From NCBI RefSeq assembly GCF_006345805.1, contig NC_043000.1, positions 103,106,001 through 103,170,000 of the forward strand: a DNA stretch of 64,000 nucleotides, in the 5' to 3' direction. The notes beneath the pieces were generated by a model that was given only the letters and a program-made list of their open reading frames with translations, did not search any database and was not told the origin of the DNA. Source of the stretch: Octopus sinensis (Eukaryota). Of the stretch, positions 1 through 11,885 are shown one piece after another (the first letter of the stretch is position 1; every line of letters begins with the position of its first letter). Made by a program: the position numbers and the translations under genes.

Positions 1-389
1 GATTCTCGGTGAGAATGCGATTGATAAAGCCGTGGGAACGTGCATTTGTATGCGCAAATATATATAAATATATATAATCCTTCCATCTAGATTTACCTCC
101 AGCTAACCCATTTGCATGCATAGTTTTTGTCCTGCTTTTCTTCCGTCAACCTGTACATAACTGCACCTTCCATTTTTTGTTGTTCTTGTACTGCTTAAAG
201 GCACGTTTCTTTCCTGCCAAGCTTACTGTTTAAACCATGTTTGTGCTCTCCCAGTCAACAGCCTTATCATTACTGGTACTTTAAACTCGTCGGTTGCATA
301 ATTGTGTGAATAAAATCGTTTTTCTTTGGATTAGAAAAAAAGTCTATCTTTATTTCTTCTTTTGCTGGTGTCTCAAATTTAGGTTAAAT

Positions 390-510
390 TAGTGTTTCTC
401 AAGGGGAGGCATATGGGACGGTCGGACAGGTTATTTTGAGAAAATTTGGTTTAAATGTTTGACAACTCAGCACCGTCCATTGGACGTGGAGGGGGCGTTT
501 TGCTCCTATA
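390..510 (+). mobile_element. Possible orphan hAT/Charlie-type 5' end
   Basis: tagtgtttctcaagggg resembles the CAGTGTTTCTCAA-type Charlie terminus, and gggggcgttttg resembles the subterminal sequence of the 50095 element. No partner TIR found. Confidence 0.25.
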
Positions 511-1098
511 TATATATATATAAATATATCTGTAACAAGTAATGTTACTGTTAGATTGTTCAAACTCAGTGCACCCTAATAATCAACATGAAGTGAATAA
601 AGATATTGCTTACAACTTTTATTTTCTTCTGAATTCTACATAGGCTAACTAAACAAATTTAGGCTGTCTAAGTAATAGGCTATTTAACAGTGGTAATGGG
701 AGAATGACAATGATAAAGCTCGCCCACTCTTGGTACTAAGAAGAACAGCTTGCTAGAAACGAACGACAATATTGCATGTGGAATTAAATACGACTGACCC
801 CCTAATAATCTGTGAGGGTTCGTATTTATACCTATGGGAAAGCTGAATATATGCCGGAGAACAATGAAAAGTAAATTATCTTATCTATGTTAATCTGCTT
901 TTGACATAAGAATGTTAACTCAAACAGGGGAACGAAAACAGGTGTGATAAGTGTACTCATGTTAATTGCTGAGAACAGTGGAAAGAAAAATCTAAGGTAA
1001 GGTTTCGATTCCTGGCTAAGAATCCAACAAACGATTTCTCTCTCTCCCTCACACATACACACTGACACACACGCACATACACACACATATATACGCAC

Positions 1099-1141
<43 letters not shown>

Positions 1142-1447
1142 ATATACATTTGTTTGTATATATATATGTATATATATAGTGTAATAAATAAAATATATGC
1201 ATACATACAAACATATATGTACGTACCGACATCTACATGTATATATACATGCATATATAAATATATATATACGTACAGGACATCACAAGAAGACGAAAAT
1301 ATCAACGGAACGAAAACGGAGAAGACATTTTGTTACAACAGAAGGACAGAGACGTGGAACAAGACGAAACGAAAACGAAAACGGGAAAAACAATTATGGG
1401 CAGCAGAAAAACGAAGTACAGGACATGCTACACAAGGAAAAATCCCA

Positions 1448-2266
1448 CAGGCATACCTCACCCAACGTCGTTAAATGGTTCCAGTAGACACAACTTAAGT
1501 CGAAAAATTACTTCAGTCGAATTACCTTGTCTTGTCTCTAGGCTGGGCTAGGCCGAATGTACTTGTCTCTAGGTTAAACCGATAATAACCATTCCCAGTT
1601 CTTTAAAGATTTTACCTCATTTCTTATTGATGACAGTGTTCTTCATCCCTAGGGCTTCAGATTCGATATATGCTAAAATCTTGTCCTTATTATGTTGATA
1701 CAGTTATCCGACTCAACCCAAAAGATCGTGCAGTTGCTACCACTACTTCGCCTTTTTCATGGCGTTTTATCATAGCCAGTTTATCTTCCAGCGTTATAGC
1801 ATTTCTTAGGAGCCACGGGGGACGAAAAATAAAGTCACAAATAAACGAGAATGAGAAAGTAGCCGATAAATAGACGTAAACAAATCTGAACTTAAAACAA
1901 TCGCGGGAATCACGAGTGACAACGACACCTAACGATAGATATTGGAACTACAGTGCAATATGAGCTCCGGAAGACCGATAACTAAGACAACACAGATGAT
2001 TTACTTTACGGTGTGTATCTTAACATTTACTGTGCGTATTTTAATATGATTTTATATGCTTTTGTTCTTATTTATTGTACAGTAACATGATTTTAGGTGC
2101 TTTTAGCGGTTTTCTACTGATTTTACGATTCTAATATTTGTGGTGGACAAACGTAAAGTCGAGTAAAATGACTTAACTTAATTTTTATTTTTCCATATGT
2201 TATTTTTGAAAACCGACGTAAATTGAGAACGGCTTAAATTGAAACAACTAAATCGAGGTATGCCTG
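1448..2266 (-). mobile_element. Internally deleted Tigger/pogo DNA transposon
   Basis: Inverted termini CAGGCATACCTC (1448-1459) and GAGGTATGCCTG (2255-2266), followed by TA on the right (CA on the left). Transposase N-terminus lies inside on the minus strand. Confidence 0.85.
1590..1812 (-). pseudogene. Tigger transposase N-terminal CENP-B/psq-type HTH fragment
   Basis: Manual translation RNAITLEDKLAMIKRHEKGEVVVATARSFGLSRITVST, frameshift, then NKDKILAYIE. This matches the pogo/Tigger DNA-binding domain pattern. Confidence 0.8.
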
Positions 2267-2298
<32 letters not shown>

Positions 2299-2430
2299 TG
2301 TATGTATGTATGTATGTATGTATGTATGTATGTATGCATGTATGCATGTATGTATGCATGTATGTATGTATGTATGCATGTATGTATGCATGCATGTATG
2401 TATGTATATATATATATATATATATATAAC
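2267..2430. repeat. (TATG)n/(TA)n microsatellite abutting the Tigger TIR
   Basis: Direct reading; one of many such arrays in the window. Confidence 0.95.
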
Positions 2431-3232
2431 ACACGTACATATATACACACTCACATACTCATACGCGTATATACATAGAATATATGAATAAACATGGTGG
2501 CTAGAAAGTTCGAAACAAAAAACATTCAAACGTTGCTCTCATTCTACCTCGACCGGATTATATATTCGTGTGCATATATAATATTTATAAATATTTTTGC
2601 ATTACTCATAAATATATGCTTGTGTGTTGGCGGGCGCGTGTGCATACTTACATATGTATGCATAACATGCGTATATACATATATGTATACATATGTATAA
2701 CATTCTGTCTATATAACTATCTATTTATACATACATGCATACATTTATGCATATACATATGTGTGTGTGTGAATGTGTATGTGTATGTATGCTTGTACAT
2801 ATATATTCGTGCTGTGTGCGTATTACATGAATCAGGGAGAGACAAAAAAATGAAAGAAAGGAACAAATAATGGTAAAACAATATAGAAAGTAAAGGAAAG
2901 ACGGAAGAAAATAAGAAAAGAAAAACAAATAAAAATATGAAAGAAAGAGAAGGACAGGTTATTCACGTGGTGGTATTTTTCTTTCGTCGTAATTTTATAT
3001 TTGTCCTTTCTTTTTAAAGGAAAAAAAAATGTTAACTTTAGTCTGGATGACAAAGGATTGCAAGAAAACATAATTGTTTGAGGTGGGGGTGTGCTTCAAT
3101 GAAATTAGAGAGAAATTATTGGAAGTATGAAGGAAAAAGAAAGAGAAATGAGTTATATATGATGTTCTGTCTTATTGTTTTGTCTTTTACTTCTTTTCTG
3201 AACATGTTTGCCGTCTCTCTTATTCCCTGTAT

Positions 3233-3617
3233 GTGGAGGCGCAATGGCCCAGTGGTTAGGGCAGCGGACTCGCCGTCGTAGGATCGCGGTTTCGATTCCC
3301 AGACCGGGCATTGTGAGTGTTTATTGAGCGAAAACACCTAAAGTTTCACAAGGCCCCTGCAGGGGTTGGTGGTGAACCATGCTGTACTCTTTCACCACAA
3401 CTTTCTCTCACTCTTTCTTCCTATTTCTGTTGTACCTGTATTTCAAAGGGCCAGCCTTGTCACACTCTGTGTCACGCTGAATCTCCTCGAGAACTACGTT
3501 AAGGGTACACGTGTCTGTGGAATGCTCAGCCACTTGCACGTTAATTCCACGAACAAGCTGTTCCGTTAATCGTATCAGCTGGGACCCTCATCGTCGTAAC
3601 CGACGGAGTGCTCCTAC
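3233..3617 (+). mobile_element. tRNA-head SINE, 5' module X + 3' module Q
   Basis: A-box tggcccagtggttagg and B-box ggtttcgattcc. 12-bp TSD tattccctgtat at 3221-3232 and 3618-3629. Confidence 0.9.
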
Positions 3618-3641
3618 TATTCCCTGTATTTAACATTGTAT

Positions 3642-3875
3642 AAGGCGGCGAGCTGGCAGAAACGTTAGCACTCCGGGCAAAATGCGTAGCCGTATTTCGT
3701 CTGCCGTTACGTCCTGAGTTCAAATTCCACCGAGGTCGACTTTGCCTTTCATCCTTTCGGGGTCGATAAATTAAGTACCAGTTACGCACTAGAGTCGATA
3801 TAATCGACTTAATCCGTCTGTCTGTCCTTGTTTGTCCTCTTTGTGCTTAGCCCTTTGTGGGTAGTAAAGAAACAG
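3642..3875 (+). mobile_element. SINE family A (head aaggcggcgagctggcagaa; central gcctttcatcctttcggggtcgataaattaagtaccag)
   Basis: tRNA-like head with B-box gagttcaaattcc. 16-bp TSD gtatttaacatt(g/a)tat at 3626-3641 and 3876-3891. The central block resembles Meta/MESC-type SINE cores (recalled, not verified). Confidence 0.9.
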
Positions 3876-3965
3876 GTATTTAACATTATATGCTAATGTA
3901 TTTAATCAGGCAATTTCTCGCATTATTTCGATGTGCGTATGTGCGTGTGTGTGTGTGTGTGTGTA

Positions 3966-4390
3966 TAGAAATACTTATTTCTTTACTACCCACAAGGGGC
4001 TAAACACAGAGAGGACAAACAAGGACAGACAAACGGATTAAGTCGATTACATCGACCCCAGTGCGTAACTGGTACTTATTTAATCGACCCCGAAAGGATG
4101 AAAGGCAAAGTCGACCTCAGCGGAATTTGAACTCAAAACGTAGCGGCATACGAAATACCTATTTCTTTATTACCCACAAGGGGCTAAACACATAGGGAAC
4201 AAACAAGGACAGACATAGGTATTAAGTCGATTACATCGACCCCAGTTCGTAACTGGTACTTATTTAATCGACCCCGAAAGGATGAAAGGCAAAGTCGACC
4301 TCAGCGGAATTTGAACTCAAAACGTAGCAGCATACGAAATACCGCTAAGCATTTCGCCCGGTGCGCTAACGTTTCTGCCAGTTCGCCGCC
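3966..4390 (-). mobile_element. SINE family A, tandem one-and-three-quarter copies
   Basis: Two consecutive bodies joined at the gaaatac microhomology. Confidence 0.9.
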
Positions 4391-4563
4391 ATCATTTAAA
4401 GTCAAAGCTAATAGCCAACATAATGTGGCTGTCCTGGAAAGGACGTTGTTACCGTTCATTAGATAATGTGTCGTATAGCCAGCTAGAAACGATGGTTCTT
4501 GGGGCTAATGAACAGTAACAACATCCGCTTCAGCACAGCCATATTATGTTGGCTAATAGCTTT

Positions 4564-4720
<157 letters not shown>

Positions 4721-4804
4721 GTGTGTGTGTGTGTGGTGTGTGTGTGTGTGTGCTTGTGTATTTACATATATTTATTTATTTAAACACACATACATATATC
4801 TTTT

Positions 4805-5024
4805 AATCTTTTACCCGTTTCAGTCATTTGACTGCGGCCATGCTGGAGCGACGCCTTTAGTCGAACAAATCAACCCCAAGACTTAGTCTCTGTAAGCCTA
4901 GTACTTATTCTATCCGTTTGTTTTGCCAAACCTCTTAGTCTTGGGGGCATAAACACACCAACATCGGTTGTCAAGCGATAGTAGGGTGGAGAACAGATGC
5001 AGACACAAAGACACAGACACATAA

Positions 5025-5060
<36 letters not shown>
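4805..5060 (-). mobile_element. SINE family C, 3' half
   Basis: Matches the 3' half of the full copies at 29130 and 37280. Confidence 0.8.
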
Positions 5061-5061
<1 letters not shown>

Positions 5062-5064
5062 AGC

Positions 5065-5215
5065 AATAATAAATCTCTGAGTGAGGTATAAACAGTTGCT
5101 GCACGACATCGTGAAGTATATTTGCCACTTAAATGTGGCTAACCCTTCAGGGTGGCTGCTACTGTAGCTTGTAGCCCAGGAAGACACCTCCTCCAGCTGG
5201 CTATTGACACACTTT
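5065..5215 (-). repeat. Interspersed repeat family F (probable retroelement 3' end)
   Basis: aatctctga...tagcccaggaagaca...ccagctggct recurs at ~11690-11885, ~26530-26750 and, reversed, at ~4480-4545. Confidence 0.7.
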
Positions 5216-5335
5216 ACTACAACAACTACTACTACTACTACTACTACTACTAATGATGATGATTTCTTTTATTTGCTGCCAGGGCGAAAGATGAGGGGCA
5301 CAATACAAAGACAGACATAAAATGTGGGGTATATA

Positions 5336-5570
5336 TATTTCTTTATTGCCTACAAGGGGCTAAACACAGAGGGGATAAACAAGGACAGAAAAAAGGATTA
5401 AGTCGATTATATCGACCCCAGTGCGTAACTGGTACTTATTTAATCGACCCCGAAAGGATGAAAAGCAAAGTCGACCTCGGCGGAATTTGAACTCAGAACG
5501 TAACGGCATACGAAATACCGTTAGGTATTTCGCCCGGCGTGCTGACGTTTCTGCCAGCTCGCCGCCTTTG
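5336..5570 (-). mobile_element. SINE family A
   Basis: Full-length match to the 3642 copy. Confidence 0.9.
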
Positions 5571-5692
5571 TTGGGTATACATATAACGAAATAATAATAA
5601 AAGAACAATAGCAATAATAAATAAGAACAGAAAGTGAAACAGATATGGTGAGAATGCCATTTTCTGTATTTCCAGTGTGTGCGCGCGTGTGC

Positions 5693-5725
<33 letters not shown>

Positions 5726-6041
5726 CGCGTATGTGTGTGTGGTCGCGTGCATGCTAGCGCACATGCGCACTCCGTGCTCTATATCTAATTTAATGATCTG
5801 TTGATGATTAAATTAAAAAATAAATTAACTACCTGTGGTTTATTGTGTGGACATGTGTGTGTGTTTGCATGTGTGTGAGAATGCACATGTGTGTATGTGT
5901 GTGTGTGTGTGCGTGCGTGTGCGTGCGTATGTATGTGTCTGTGTGTGAGTTTGTGTATCTGTATGTGTGTATCGTATCTTCATCCCTAATCATTCTTATC
6001 ATAATCTTTTCTTGATGATTAAATGAAAATCAAAAGAAATT

Positions 6042-6085
<44 letters not shown>

Positions 6086-6163
6086 ACCCCACATCTCTAC
6101 CCCCGTCACCAACACCACTACTACAGCTGTGGTTGTTGCTAACAATAACAACAGTAATGAAAA

Positions 6164-6229
<66 letters not shown>

Positions 6230-6237
6230 AAGAAGAA

Positions 6238-6276
<39 letters not shown>

Positions 6277-6512
6277 ATTGGTGATCAGATAATGATGACA
6301 ATTATAAGGATGATCATCAATAAGAATACAATGATGATAGCGAAGGTCGCGTAGAGAAAAATTAAGAAAAACTGCAATAATGAGTAAAATTAATAATGAG
6401 TCTCACAAATATGTAGAAAATTCCGAGTATTTAGACACCTCTTTAGAAATATACCACACACACACACACACTTACATATTAATATATATATGCACATATA
6501 TAGATGGATATA

Positions 6513-6574
<62 letters not shown>

Positions 6575-6699
6575 GAGAGATAATGGTGTCATTGAGACCC
6601 AAAGGTGTCAGGTAATGCTGAATAAGTGCTATAGACAGACCATAGTTAAGTTCCAGATTCGGTAATATTGCGAATAAAGGGTTCAACGTTGGCTCTATG

Positions 6700-6960
6700 T
6701 CAGCGTGTGTATATAAGAATTTTTTGCGTAATAAGATAAAAAACCAAGGCTGTGTAGATATTAGAGCATTTATAGATAGAAAGTCTTGCAGCTGTTTCTA
6801 GGATATTTATTAATTATATCCCTTCATCGGAGACAGTGTGAGAGGATAGTTAAGTCATAGTTAGTTTAGAAGTGATACAGACTGGAGAGTGAGGTGGAGG
6901 AAAGAAAATAGATGCAAGATATGTATGGGTATTGAAGTTGTAAATCCATTTTTTTAGGCA
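6700..6960 (-). mobile_element. Probable PLE 3'/pLTR relic with a degenerate hammerhead
   Basis: Type I hammerhead layout with a near-palindromic stem III at 6783-6834. The boundaries are guesses. Confidence 0.45.
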
Positions 6961-7002
6961 TAATGGTATATATGCAATATTCCAATATCCTATGAGTAAA
7001 GT

Positions 7003-7400
7003 CTAAAAGTCCAACAGAGTTTTAAATGAGTCCATCCAAGTATAGAGTTTATAAACAATGTATGATTCCCTTATGAGTGAGATCCAGCAGATTTTAAATT
7101 CTCTACTGGGAATGACCAAGTTTAAAAAGGCGGAACTTCCACCGACCGCATTGCCCGATTGGTCGAGGGCTGTGAGCGCTTGGAGATACTCTAGGTGCCA
7201 AGCGCCCTGCTTCAGTCTACCCTTGATCCAGGACTGTAGCTCCGTCAAGGAGACGAGCTGCGGAAAAGAGCGTTCAACAAACGGCAACCACACCTGCTCA
7301 CCGTTAAGGTTTCGCTGGAAATGTCGCAGCCTCAGCGAATATCTGCGCATCCTCAGCCACGGCATGCCCAGTCCTCCACGCAACGGCTGCTAACAACAAA
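7003..7400 (-). pseudogene. Tx1/L1-clade LINE ORF2 fragment (region after RT)
   Basis: SICC*QPLRGGLGMPWLRMRRYSLRLRHFQRNLNGEQVWLPFV matches the L1/Tx1 'C.P...GGLG....LRL....R.L' motif. Higher GC than the flanks. Confidence 0.65.
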
Positions 7401-7950
7401 TGGATCGTCTGATATGATAATCGAGAAAAGAAATAAGAATCACCTGTGTGAAAATGTCTTTCGTTGTAAGTTGTCTGGGTTTTTATTTATTTATTATTTT
7501 TTTCGATAAATTATTCAGAGTAGAAAGGGTAGCATATACGACTTTTTGTAAGGATTCCGAAACAGGTGGGTTGAAATAAAGAGAGAGAGAGAGAGAGAGA
7601 GAGTTATCCACACACCTAGATATGAACAACAAACAATTAAACTGCTCAAGGATACACCTCACCGTCACTAAGAATTACTCCTGGGGAACACAAATCCTCA
7701 GTACAACAAAGACAGCACCTTAAAGACTGCCTTTCCTCTTCAGATCCAGAAAATGCTTCACCACCCACTTCCAACAACTACTAACTCTCAACAAAACTCA
7801 AATAGAGTCTAGAGTAGATTATTGTTTCCACTACTTGCACGGGGTGTAACTGTTACGCATTCAATTATACTACTGGATAGTTCAAAAGTCCCGCACCAAA
7901 ACATTCGATATCTTATTTATATTACGTTATCATTATCATCATCATCATCA

Positions 7951-8013
<63 letters not shown>

Positions 8014-8024
8014 TATTATTCAGG

Positions 8025-8240
8025 CGGCGTATGGTTGAGAGCTGACAAAATCAGTAGCACGCCAGGTAAAATGCTTAGCGGCATTTCGTCCGCCTTTATA
8101 TTATGAGTTCAAATTCCTCTGGGGGTCGACTTTGCCTTTCATTATTTGAGGGTCGATAAATTAAGTACCAGTTTAACACTGAGATCGATGTAATCGACTT
8201 ACCACCTCCCCCGAAATTACTGACGTTGTGCCAAAATTTG
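8025..8240 (+). mobile_element. SINE family A' (A head/core, tail ending gtgccaaaatttgaaacc)
   Basis: Same core with an alternative tail. Related copies at ~10950-11160, 16320-16515, 16540-16685, 25640-25860, 32540-32740, 39875-40085 and 45200-45340 (all minus strand). Confidence 0.8.
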
Positions 8241-8694
8241 AAACCAATATTATTATTCATTTGGTTCAACGCGTACAAGTACGTGTATATTCATCCTTAT
8301 TTTATATATCATATTCAATTTTACAAAGACTGAAGCTTGTCTGACAATTCTGTAGCTTGATGAACTTATTTTGAGCGTGACAGTAGATTACTCTGTAGAT
8401 TAGACCCCCCCCCCCACAACAATGACCAATTAGTACGAAATCGGGAACCAATACACTTTAAACCTTTGCTCACAGACATGCTGTCTCCTTCCTCTTTTCT
8501 GCCTTTACAATTGTGGTTTTTGCTTTCCAGAGTTAATTTGTCGTGTAGCACTTTCTCTCAGGTACTCCCGGTGGTTTAAGACAGAATAGACGATGCTAAA
8601 GACACTTAAGGACTATATTGGCAGTGTTAAAATTAGTGACGAATTAAGATTACCGGCCAAAAACATACATGGCATTCCTTCCGATGGGGGTACC

Positions 8695-8926
8695 TATTTC
8701 TTTACTACCCACAAGGGGCTAAACACAGAGAGGACAAACAGGGACAGACAAACGGATTAAGTCGATTACATCGACCCCAGTGCGTAACTGGTACTTATTT
8801 AATCGACCCCGAAAGGATGGAAGGCAAAGTCGACCTCGGCAGAATTTGAACTCAGTACGTAACGGCAGACGAAATACGGCAACGAATTTCCCCCGGCGTG
8901 CTAACGTTTCTGCCAGCTCACCGCCT
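8695..8926 (-). mobile_element. SINE family A
   Basis: Perfect 16-bp TSD ttccgatgggggtacc at 8679-8694 and 8927-8942. Confidence 0.93.
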
Positions 8927-9716
8927 TTCCGATGGGGGTACCACACACAGATCCCGTATACTAAATTTCAATAACAAACTTTTGGTCGATCCGAAGCTAT
9001 CGTAGGAGATACTTGCTCAAGGTGCTGTGCAGTGAAATTGAACGAGGAATCGCACAGTTTGTGAAGCGAACTCTTTCATCACATAACCTTGCCTTGCACC
9101 CATAAATGAAGTTCTGCAGTATTGCAATCAGACGTTGCTAATTAATTATGTAGTTATTACAGAAGGTGTTTATGTCTAGCATCCGGAACGACGGCAGGAA
9201 ATACTAAACAACGCTGGCGTGTTGCAATGTTGTTTTGCACCATAATGGGAAAAGCGGCAAACAAAATAAATAAATTTTGATATAAAATATAAGATATACA
9301 GCAGCAGCGGCAGAAGAAGAAGAAGAAGAAGAAGAAACTGTAACGAGCACAACAACAGCAAGAACAATAAGAGTATCTATTGAAAATAACACAAACAGTG
9401 AGAATGAAAACTATTGCTATAACTGCAGCAGCTGTAATATCAGAAACAATTACTTTGGTGCAGCTAAGGACGGGTGGTGGTGGTGGTGGTGGTGTGAGTT
9501 GAGTATGAATGTAAAAATGTGGGAGCGTTGTGTGTGTATGTGTTAGTGCAAGTGCGCGCGTGTATTTGTGTGTGCGCATGTATGTGTGTGGTGTGTGTGT
9601 GCGTGTGTGCGAGCGCTTGTGTTTGTGTGTGTGTGTGTGTATGTGTGCGTGCGTATTTGTTTGTGTACTGGGGTAAGAGAGCAAGACAAAGATACTGATA
9701 TGTATGTGTGTGTGTA

Positions 9717-9757
<41 letters not shown>

Positions 9758-10051
9758 CATACAAACACACGCACACACAGACACACACACACACACATAT
9801 ATATTCACATACATGCATACATACATATATATATATATATGCATATGTATGTAGGTATGTATGTATGTATGTATGTATATATAAATATGTATGTAAAGAT
9901 TGTTTGAAGTGGTGTGTGTGTGTATGAATATATTATAAATATACATATATTATATAAATGTATATAGATATATATACACATCTATATGTATGCATATACA
10001 TACGTATATGTGTCTGTGTATGTATATATATATATATTCATATACATATAC

Positions 10052-10094
<43 letters not shown>

Positions 10095-10101
10095 TATATA
10101 C

Positions 10102-10138
<37 letters not shown>

Positions 10139-10139
10139 T

Positions 10140-10201
<62 letters not shown>

Positions 10202-10600
10202 GGTGAGATAGGTACACAGAGACAAATACAGAAAATGTATGTGTGAGTGTGCATGTATGCGTGCTTGCGTGTATCTGTATGCGTGTGTGCGTGCTTGCGT
10301 GTATGTGTATTTGTGTGTGCGTGCGTGCGCAGTGAGGGCGCAATGGGAGTAATTAAGGCAAAGATGACGCAGAAAAAAAAGGGGTTAATGTATGATGCAA
10401 TGGCCTAGGGATTCAAAGAAGGGAATAATAGGTGAGTAATTAAGTTCTTGCCATCGTGTTTGAAGAGTTTGAGACGAAGATAATGATGACAATGACATTG
10501 ATGACGATCGTTTGCGTTAATGATTAAGATGATGACGATGATGATGATGACGGTCTTATCACTACTCTTGATGTAGCTGCTGCTGCTGTTGCTACTGATA

Positions 10601-10640
<40 letters not shown>

Positions 10641-10911
10641 CGTTTTGGAGGATGATAACAAGGACAATGACGATGCTGATGGTGGTGGTGGTGGTGGTGG
10701 TGGTGGTAGAGGTGGTAATGGTAGAGGTGGTAGTGGTAGAGGTGGTAGTGGTAGAGGTGGTGGTGGCAGCGATGGTGGATGTTTAAAATGAGCCCGCCGA
10801 TAATGATAGCAGCGAACGCTGCGACATCGACAGCGATGATGGAGATGATGATGAAAATGATGATGATGATGAGGAGGAGGAGGAAAACGATGACAATAAC
10901 GACGACGACAC

Positions 10912-10948
<37 letters not shown>

Positions 10949-10949
10949 A

Positions 10950-11160
10950 ATCCTTTCTATTATTGGCACAAGGCCTGAAATTTTGGAGGAAGGGATTACA
11001 TCGACCCTACTACTCAAACTGGTAATTAATTTATCGATCCCCCGAAAGGATGAAAGAGAAAGTCGACCTCGGCGGAATTCGAATTCAGAATGTAGCCACG
11101 GGCGAAGCACCGCTAAGCATTTCGTCCAACGTGGTAACGATTCTGCCAGCTCGACGCCTT
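10950..11160 (-). mobile_element. SINE family A'
   Basis: Core and head match; embedded in a (GAT)n array. Confidence 0.85.
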
Positions 11161-11320
11161 CATGACGATGATAATGATGATGATGATAATGCTGGTGGTG
11201 GTGGTGGTGGTGGTGGTGGTGGTGGTGGTGGTGGTGGTTTTGGTGGTTTACAATGTGCCCGATGAGAATATTGCCGGAGAAAACGACGACAGCGACGATA
11301 GACGATAATGATGTTGATGG

Positions 11321-11367
<47 letters not shown>

Positions 11368-11543
11368 GATATAAATATTATATAGCAGCGACGTTACAGA
11401 GTATGCGTAAAATAACGGATATTTTAATTTGTTTTAGCTGCCACACAACAAAAAGGCGATATAATATAATCTGGATGTATCTAATCTTATAACCGTAAAT
11501 TACTCTTTACACCTTGTTACACGCGCAGAGTGCATGAAAGAGA

Positions 11544-11574
<31 letters not shown>

Positions 11575-11689
11575 GAGGAGAGGAAGAGGAAAGAATAAAG
11601 GGAGATAAGAGGCATGTTGAGGATGCAATGAGATTGTGGAAAGAGTCATTTTAAGGAAGAACACAATATAATGGCAATAATAAATCTCT

Positions 11690-11885
11690 GAACGAGATGT
11701 AAACAGTAACCGCTCGACAACGTAAAGTATACTATCCATCTCAATATGGCTAACCACTAAGGGTGGGTGTTACTGTAGCTTTTAGCTCCAGGAGATCATC
11801 GTCTCCAGTTGGCTTTAGGCACACTTCTGTGCCCTTATGGTATTTGCAAAGGGAGGTCATCCCTCTCTCGTAAACCTAAGTGACA
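11690..11885 (-). repeat. Repeat family F copy
   Basis: Homologous to the 5065 and 26530 copies. Confidence 0.7.

Noticed and set aside
925-1002. Possible exon ending at ctaag|gtaagg
   Set aside because: Weak acceptor, unrecognisable peptide and no partner exons.
3233-3310. tRNA gene
   Set aside because: A and B boxes are present, but there is no complete cloverleaf and it continues into a SINE body with a TSD. The same holds for the other SINE heads.
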